From Macrostomum lignano (Eukaryota): a DNA stretch of 64,000 nucleotides. Positions 57,101-64,000 of this stretch are shown in pieces (the stretch's first letter is position 1; each line of letters begins with the position of its first letter). The translations under genes were made by a program, and so were the position numbers. The stretch covers positions 1 to 64,000 of the forward strand of contig NIVC01001291.1 in NCBI GenBank assembly GCA_002269645.1. The letters run 5' to 3'. Below the pieces are notes generated by a model. It was given only the letters and a program-made list of their open reading frames with translations. It searched no databases and was not told where the DNA came from.

Positions 57101-60100
57101 GACCCATCAAGGTTGGCGCTAAAGCACACTTGAGCTATCAGGGTTGGCGCCATGAACACACCTGACCCATCAGGGCTGGCGCCATGAACACACCTGACCC
57201 ATCAGGGCTGGCGCCATGTACACACCTGAGCTATCAGGGCTGGCGCCAAGAACACAATCTAAACTGAAAGCCGAGACTCACCAGACTCAAGCAGATCAAA
57301 CCCGCGGCGGCATCCTGCGGTTTCGTCAGCCGCGGCACCAACGAGCCACCGATGGCAGCGTTGGCGGTCAGATAGGCGAACCCAGCCTCCCCGCCATAGC
57401 AACCAACGATGAAGAGGACGCAGATCGCGGCAGATTCTTTTGTCAACGCTGCCAGCTCGGCTCCTAGGGATTCGAACCCGGTACCAACCCGGCCGTTAGC
57501 CCTTAGCAGAGGGCCGCAGAGGGCAACCAGGCGGACTCGGTCGGACAGTCGGCCAGCAGCCAGGCGGCCGCAGGCCTCCAACGCGGCCAGGCCAGTCGAG
57601 GGCGCGGCAGCGTCAGTGGAAGCCGCCAGACCCTCGGCCAGACCGGAAATCGCCGAGTCCACTTCCGGTGTGTCGGGCAGCTGCTGACTGGCCGCGCAGG
57701 TGGCACCGAAGACTAGAAGCAGAGCGGCTGCCAGATCTGCGGCGCTGAGGCCTTCAAGGCTGCGTTAATTAGGGGAAAGGTGAGGAGTTAGCGAATTAGT
57801 GGGAATAGGAAACTCATAGTCTGCCACGCTACATATCGGCTTGGCCTTTTATATACCTGCCCCTTAATCCTAATTGTGACACCTGATCTTGCGATTCATT
57901 CCCTTCTACTCAACCCTCATCCCCCTCTGCCCGACCCTCATTCCCCCTCTGCCCGACCCTCATTCCCCCTCTGCCCGACCCTCATTCCCCCTCTGCCCGA
58001 CCCTCATTCCCCCTCTGCCCGACCCTCATTCCCCTCTGCCCGACCCTCATTCCCCCTCTGCCCGACCCTCATTCCCCTCTGCCCGACCCTCATTCCCCTC
58101 TGCCCTCTGCTCAGCTCTCATTTCCCCTCCGCTCACACCTCAATCCCCTCTGCTCACCCGTCGTCACCTCTGCTCAACTCTCATTAACCTCAGTTCACCT
58201 TTATTCGCTTCCCAAAGTCTCCCTTCAACCGCAGTCGCAGCCAACCCATTACTGTATCTCCCATGGCTCCGGGCCTTCCCTCGTCCCCAGCAGTGGCTCA
58301 CCAACGCGCAGCCTCATCCGGCACGAGTCGCATCAGCTCCAACCAGAATTTGGCGCCAAGCCGGACAGACTGGGCTGCGGCTGCGGCCAGAATCTGCGGC
58401 AGCAGCAGCAGCTGAGACGCATCGGCAGACTCGGAGCCGGCCGGTCCACAGTTCAAAGAGGCCACAATGCTGGCCTGAGCGACCGGGTCGTCGGAGGCGT
58501 TGGACAGCGACCGGGCAGCGGAGTCGGCCAGCAGGCCCGGATTGGCCGACAGGGCGGCGGCCACGAGCGGATGGGAGAGGATGGCCTGCGGATTTGATGA
58601 AATAATTTATAATAAAAGCCAGATGTGCTTTACCAGCTGGAAGCTTTACCAATTACCAGCTCGAAGGACGAACATTTACCAGCTCGAACATTTACCAGCT
58701 CGAAGATTTACCAGCTCGAAGATTTACCAGCTTGAAGCTTTACCGGCTCAAAGCTTTACCAGCTCGAAACTTTACCAGCTCTAAGATTTACCAGCTAGAA
58801 GCTTTACCGGCTCAAAGCTTTACCGGCTCAAAGCTTTACCAGCTCGAAGCTTTACCAGCTCTAAGATATACCAGCTAGAAGCTTTACCGGCTCAAAGCTT
58901 TACCGGCTCAAAGCTTTACCAGCTCGAAGCTTTATCAGCTCGAAGGTTTACCAGCTCGACGATTTGCCAGCTCGAAGCTTTACCAGCTCGGAGATTTACC
59001 AGCTAGAAGCTTTACCGGCTCAAAGCTTTACCGGCTCAAAGCTTTACCGGCTCAAAGCTTTACCGGCTCAAAGCTTTATCAGCTCGAAGGTTTACCAGCT
59101 CGACGATTTGCCAGCTCGAAGCTTTACCAGCTCGGAGATTTACCAGCTGGAAGCTTTACCTGCCCGATGATTTACCAGCTCGGAGATTTACCAGCTCGAA
59201 GCCTTACAAACTTGGAGCTTTATAAATTCGAATCACGAAGCTTAAAATGCTTTAAAAAGCAGAAAAAAACTAATTATCAACAATAAAACTGCAGGTAAGT
59301 CAGTCAAATAACCCCAATTCTTACCTGCACAATTGCGTCAGTCGACCGCCTGCCAGTCAGCTGGGTGCAGCAGCCAATCAGCTTAGCCAGGGTGTCAGCC
59401 GGGGCAGCCAGCAGCAGGGCTGGCAGCAGCGGGTCGTCGATGGCGCCGGGCCCGGCCTCGGCGGTGACCCGGTTGGCCAGGCGGACCAGGCCGGACTCGA
59501 TCCGCTCGGCAGCCAGGGCGGAGGCGTGCAGGCCCGGCGGCTGCTCGGCGGCCAGGTCGGGTGGCATGCCTGCGACCAGGCGGCAGTACAGCTCTGTCCA
59601 GGCGTTGGCCAGCTCACGAGACCGGCGCGACGAGGACAGCAGATCGGCGTTTCGACGTAGACGTGGCAGAATGTCGCACAGGCGGCCGAGGCAGCCCGCG
59701 TCGTGTAGGCGGCGGCACAGAGCAGGTAAGTCCAGGTGGGCCAGGCTGGCTGACAGCTGGCGAATCAGACTGCGAAGGGAAGGGGGCGCAGTTAGGTTTC
59801 GTTAAAATTTTTGCAGAGATTCGAGTTTCGACTTTCTAGGATTCTAAAATTCTAGGCACCGTAGGATTAGGGATCTGTATGATCCCAGTGGCTTGAGATC
59901 TCTAAGACTCATAATTAGGACAGATCCCTAATCCCGCTGGGATCATACAGATCCCTAATCCTACTGGGATCGTACAGATCCCTAATCCTACTGGGATCAT
60001 CCAGATCCCGAATCCTACTGGAATCATACAGATCCCTAATCCTACTGGAATCATACAGATCCCTAATCCTACTGGGATCATACAGATCCCTAATCCTACT

Positions 60101-61982
60101 AGGATCATACAGATCCGTAATCCTACTAGGATCATACAGATCCGTAATCCTACTGGGATCATACAGATCCGTAATCCTACTGGGATCATACAGATCCCTA
60201 ATCCTACTGGGATCATACAGATCCCTAATCCTACTGGGATCATACAGATCCCTAATCCTACTGGGATCATACAGATCCCAAATCCTACTGGGATCATACA
60301 GATCCATAATGCTACTGGGATCATACAGATCCCTAATCCTACTGGGATCATACAGATCCCTAATCCTGCTGGGATCATACAGATCCCTAATCCTGCTGGG
60401 ATCATACAGATCCCTAATCCTACTGGGATCATACAGATCCCTAATCCTGCTGGGATCATACAGATCCCTAATACTGCTGGGATCATACAGATCCCTAATC
60501 CTGCTGGGATCATACAGATCCCTAATCCTGCTGGGATCATACAGATCCCTAATACTGCTGGGATCATACAGATCCCTAATACTGCTGGGATTATACAAAT
60601 CCATATACCTAATGGAACCATACAGAACCCCAATCCAGGATTCTAAATATCTCTAACCGAGGATATTTAAGCTTGGCTGAATAACAAAGATTCCAAATCC
60701 CTACTAAAGAGTCTCAGAGACCCAAGCCCAGATTAGAAAAGCGCCCATGTCACCCAGCCAATAAATCTCACTCGAGATTCTCCAGCAGTTCATCGTCGCG
60801 ACTTCCTCCGCCACCGCCGCCAGCAGGCGGCAGGCAGCCGGCGAGCACATCGGCAGCCAGACCGGGCCGCTTGGCCAGCAGCCAGGTGAGCAGGCCGGCC
60901 TGACCGCCGGTTGGCAGGCAGGGCCGAAGCGCCGCGCCGCCGGCGTCCAGCAGCGGCGCCAACAGCTCAGCGCACAGCACACGGAGTCGGTCGACAAGCT
61001 CAAGCGACGTCGAGGACGTCGACAGCAGCGGCTGAAGGCCGGCAACGGCCTCGGCCAGCGGCAGGAGCTCGGCGAGGTCAGCCGAGGACAAGGCGGCCTC
61101 AATCCAGGCAGCCGGGTCAGCCTCCTCGCCGTCGGTGAGGTGCAGGAACTGGCGAATCAGGAAGTTTAAAATGTCGCCAGACAGGGCGGAGGCCAGCGGC
61201 TTCGGGGGCGGCGGCGAGCCGAGGAGACGCTGGGCGGTTTGGTAGACGCAGAGTAGGCTAGGCGCAGGGGCGGATGAAGGGGCGGATTCAGGAGCGGATA
61301 TCGAGGCGGGAAGCCGAGCAAACACGAGCAGGTGAGCGCGCACGACCGCCTCTTGAGCAGGTCGGCCCCAACGGGCGGGCAGAGCGCCGCCGAAGCGTAG
61401 CGCCGCTTCCAAAGCCAGCGGCCCGACAACCAGATCGGCAACTTTAGTCGCCGAATCCTTGGCCTCCTTAGCGGTAGGAGCCGGCGCAGCCAGGCGCCAG
61501 AGGCCGTCCAGCAAGCGCAGGGCCGGCAGAGATTCGTCCCGGTCCAAGCAGAACTGCAGCAGCTCGCGGAATCGGACACGGCGACGAGCGGCCGGCAGCA
61601 CGGAGAGGAACTGCAATAGCGGCCACGGGGAAGGGCTCAGTCAATGAGTTTCAAAGAACAGTCAGAATTTCTACGCTTTTCGACAGATTTTCTCACTGTC
61701 AGAGTTCGTCTACTGATAAGTAGAAAGTATAGAATGTGGCGTGAAAAGCTTGTATGGCTAGTTTAGATAGTTTACCACACTCTGCATAAGCTGTCAATCA
61801 GGCACCTGAAAGACGGTCGCGCAGTCGGCTGCCCAGCACAGCAGGCGGACTTGAACAGCGGCAGCCGTGGCGACGTCGGCGTCAGCGGCGGCTTCTCGCA
61901 GCGCGCTGGCCAGCAGGAGTCGCAGCGGGGAGGCAACTTCGGAACCGATCAGCTGCAGCAGCCGCCGGTCGAATTCGTCTGT
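54161..61982 (-). CDS. Uncharacterised Ala/Leu-rich helical (ARM/HEAT-like?) protein, ~950 aa; exons 61982-61806, 61610-60772, 59769-59325, 58585-58302, 57759-57282, 55912-~55600, 54471-54161
   Basis: Seven GC-rich segments join with consistent phases (0,2,0,2,0,1) at GT-AG sites. AATAAA at 54016-54021 (minus). Family not recognised; start unresolved. Confidence 0.7.
54520..55580 (+). repeat. Intronic 34-bp minisatellite GAATTCAAAGAAAATACCCCCTCAATCAATGAGT (~30 copies)
   Basis: Tandem units. Confidence 0.95.
55970..57250 (+). repeat. Intronic 32-bp minisatellite GGGTTGGCGCCATGAACACACCTGAGCTATCA (~40 copies)
   Basis: Tandem units with a gradient of variants. Confidence 0.95.
57905..58105 (+). 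repeat. Intronic 22-bp minisatellite CCCTCATTCCCCCTCTGCCCGA
   Basis: ~9 units. Confidence 0.9.
58630..59205 (+). repeat. Intronic 16-bp minisatellite AGCTTTACCAGCTCGA with higher-order variants
   Basis: Tandem units. Confidence 0.9.
59915..60600 (+). repeat. Intronic 27-bp minisatellite GGGATCATACAGATCCCTAATCCTACT (~25 copies)
   Basis: Tandem units, plus one inverted copy at 59861-59889. Confidence 0.95.
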
Positions 61983-62029
61983 CTGAGAGAGAGAAATGAA
62001 GATAGTGAGCAATACGCACGTAACAATGC

Positions 62030-62066
62030 CTGTCTGTCCGTCTGTCTGTCAGTTGTTGTCTGTCTT

Positions 62067-62120
<54 letters not shown>

Positions 62121-62136
62121 AGTTGTTGTCTGTCTT

Positions 62137-62189
<53 letters not shown>

Positions 62190-62238
62190 CCGTCTGTCTG
62201 TCAGTTGTTGTCTGTCTTTTTGTCTGTCTGTCTGTCTT

Positions 62239-62304
<66 letters not shown>

Positions 62305-62320
62305 AGTTGTTGTCTGTCTT

Positions 62321-62377
<57 letters not shown>

Positions 62378-62406
62378 CCGTCTGTCTGTCAGTTGTTGTC
62401 TGTCTT

Positions 62407-62459
<53 letters not shown>

Positions 62460-62488
62460 CCGTCTGTCTGTCAGTTGTTGTCTGTCTT

Positions 62489-62541
<53 letters not shown>

Positions 62542-62570
62542 CCGTCTGTCTGTCAGTTGTTGTCTGTCTT

Positions 62571-62620
<50 letters not shown>

Positions 62621-62633
62621 AGTTGTCTGTCTT

Positions 62634-62702
<69 letters not shown>

Positions 62703-62723
62703 CTGTCAGTTGTTGTCTGTCTT

Positions 62724-62780
<57 letters not shown>

Positions 62781-62801
62781 CTGTCAGTTGTTGTCTGTCT
62801 T

Positions 62802-62862
<61 letters not shown>

Positions 62863-62891
62863 CCGTCTGTCTGTCAGTTGTTGTCTGTCTT

Positions 62892-62985
<94 letters not shown>

Positions 62986-63009
62986 CGTCTGTCAGTTGTT
63001 GTCTGTCTT

Positions 63010-63082
<73 letters not shown>

Positions 63083-63111
63083 CCGTCTGTCTGTCAGTTG
63101 TTGTCTGTCTT

Positions 63112-63178
<67 letters not shown>

Positions 63179-63181
63179 TAG

Positions 63182-63272
<91 letters not shown>

Positions 63273-63273
63273 A
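62030..63273 (+). repeat. Compound (CTGT)n microsatellite punctuated by CAGTTGTTGTCTGTCTTTTT
   Basis: ~1.2 kb tract; source of the spurious CLSV/TDRQ ORFs. Confidence 0.97.
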
Positions 63274-64000
63274 CAAGCTCGTATCCATCCATCTACGAGC
63301 TAGCTATCTAAAGACAGCGTGCATGCCCAACGAAAAGAAAGTCAGAGCTGCTGTACACCCTCAGAAGCCACGTGGCTCAGAAGTACGAACGGAATGGGCC
63401 TAACAGATTGCTGGTTGCAAACTAACAAACTTAATGGAAGTACACTTGTGATCCATTATTATATAAAACATGTCGCTTGGCTTTGGAACATTTGGTCTTT
63501 CATGTCGGCTTTGCAGAAGTCGCTCATTTTACGAGTATCTGGCTATGTCTGACGCTGCCCTTTCAAACAGAATTTTGCCAGCCTCTGACTGAAGAAATTC
63601 CAAGGATCTGTTAAAGATTAAAATTGATGTGTCAAATTGTGTAGCAACCGTTTGTAATTTGTATCCCTTGAATCACTACTACAGATCCGAAGATCTTTTT
63701 GTTGCCTTTGAATGTGATGCCAGCAATGCCATTTATGCAGCAATGTACCAGAGACTTAAACAGTTAATTTATGGTTTGGGAAAACAGTTCTTTTGTAGTG
63801 CAGGCGCATTGCTTGTTTTGTTTGTTTGTCGGGGCCGGCTGCTCCAGACCAGTACCGACTGGTTGGGGGGTTGGGGGCCGTGTCCTCTAGCGGGGGGGGC
63901 TTTAGGCCCCACCCCTTTGTGTGCTTTGATTGGCTCTGCCCTTCCCTGGCTGGTCAGCTCTGCCCTGCGGGCCACGCTGATTGGTTGTGTTTTTTTGTCT

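Noticed and set aside
20556-60600. Arrays of 20-38 bp repeats as CRISPR
   Set aside because: Units are head-to-tail with no unique spacers, there are no cas genes, and the context is eukaryotic.
61851-63311. Long ORFs (CLSV/TDRQ repeats, 273-486 aa)
   Set aside because: Stop-free translation of (CTGT)n; not genes.

Overview
Eukaryotic (animal) genomic DNA, not prokaryotic. GC-rich exons have GT-AG introns, and most introns and spacers are filled with their own 16-38 bp minisatellite. This architecture, plus genes that appear to lack their own ATG, suggests a flatworm such as Macrostomum (inference). Supported genes: IAP-like BIR-UBA-RING, DUF4062-NACHT protein with a PHF5-like Zn-knot tail, basigin-like, mitochondrial RNA polymerase (POLRMT), CTU1, RPL15, a small secreted Cys-rich precursor, ATE1, SAM carrier SLC25A26 and a ~950-aa helical protein. 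Mobile DNA: a decayed mariner, a MITE, a CORE-type SINE, a Crypton-like fragment and a nest of four non-LTR retrotransposons (37.5-43.9 kb) with readable target-site duplications. Best leads: (1) the POLRMT keeps all catalytic motifs but lacks the promoter-specificity loop and has a truncated lever loop; (2) four housekeeping-type genes start at phase-0 splice acceptors with no in-frame ATG, fitting a spliced-leader-donated AUG and possible operons; (3) minisatellite colonisation of most introns; (4) an Ingi-like element with a candidate HDV-like ribozyme, an AUG-less 5' ORF and a 2A peptide, inserted into the complementary tail of an RTE element. Exon boundaries were read by eye and homology calls come from remembered family motifs; no searches were run.
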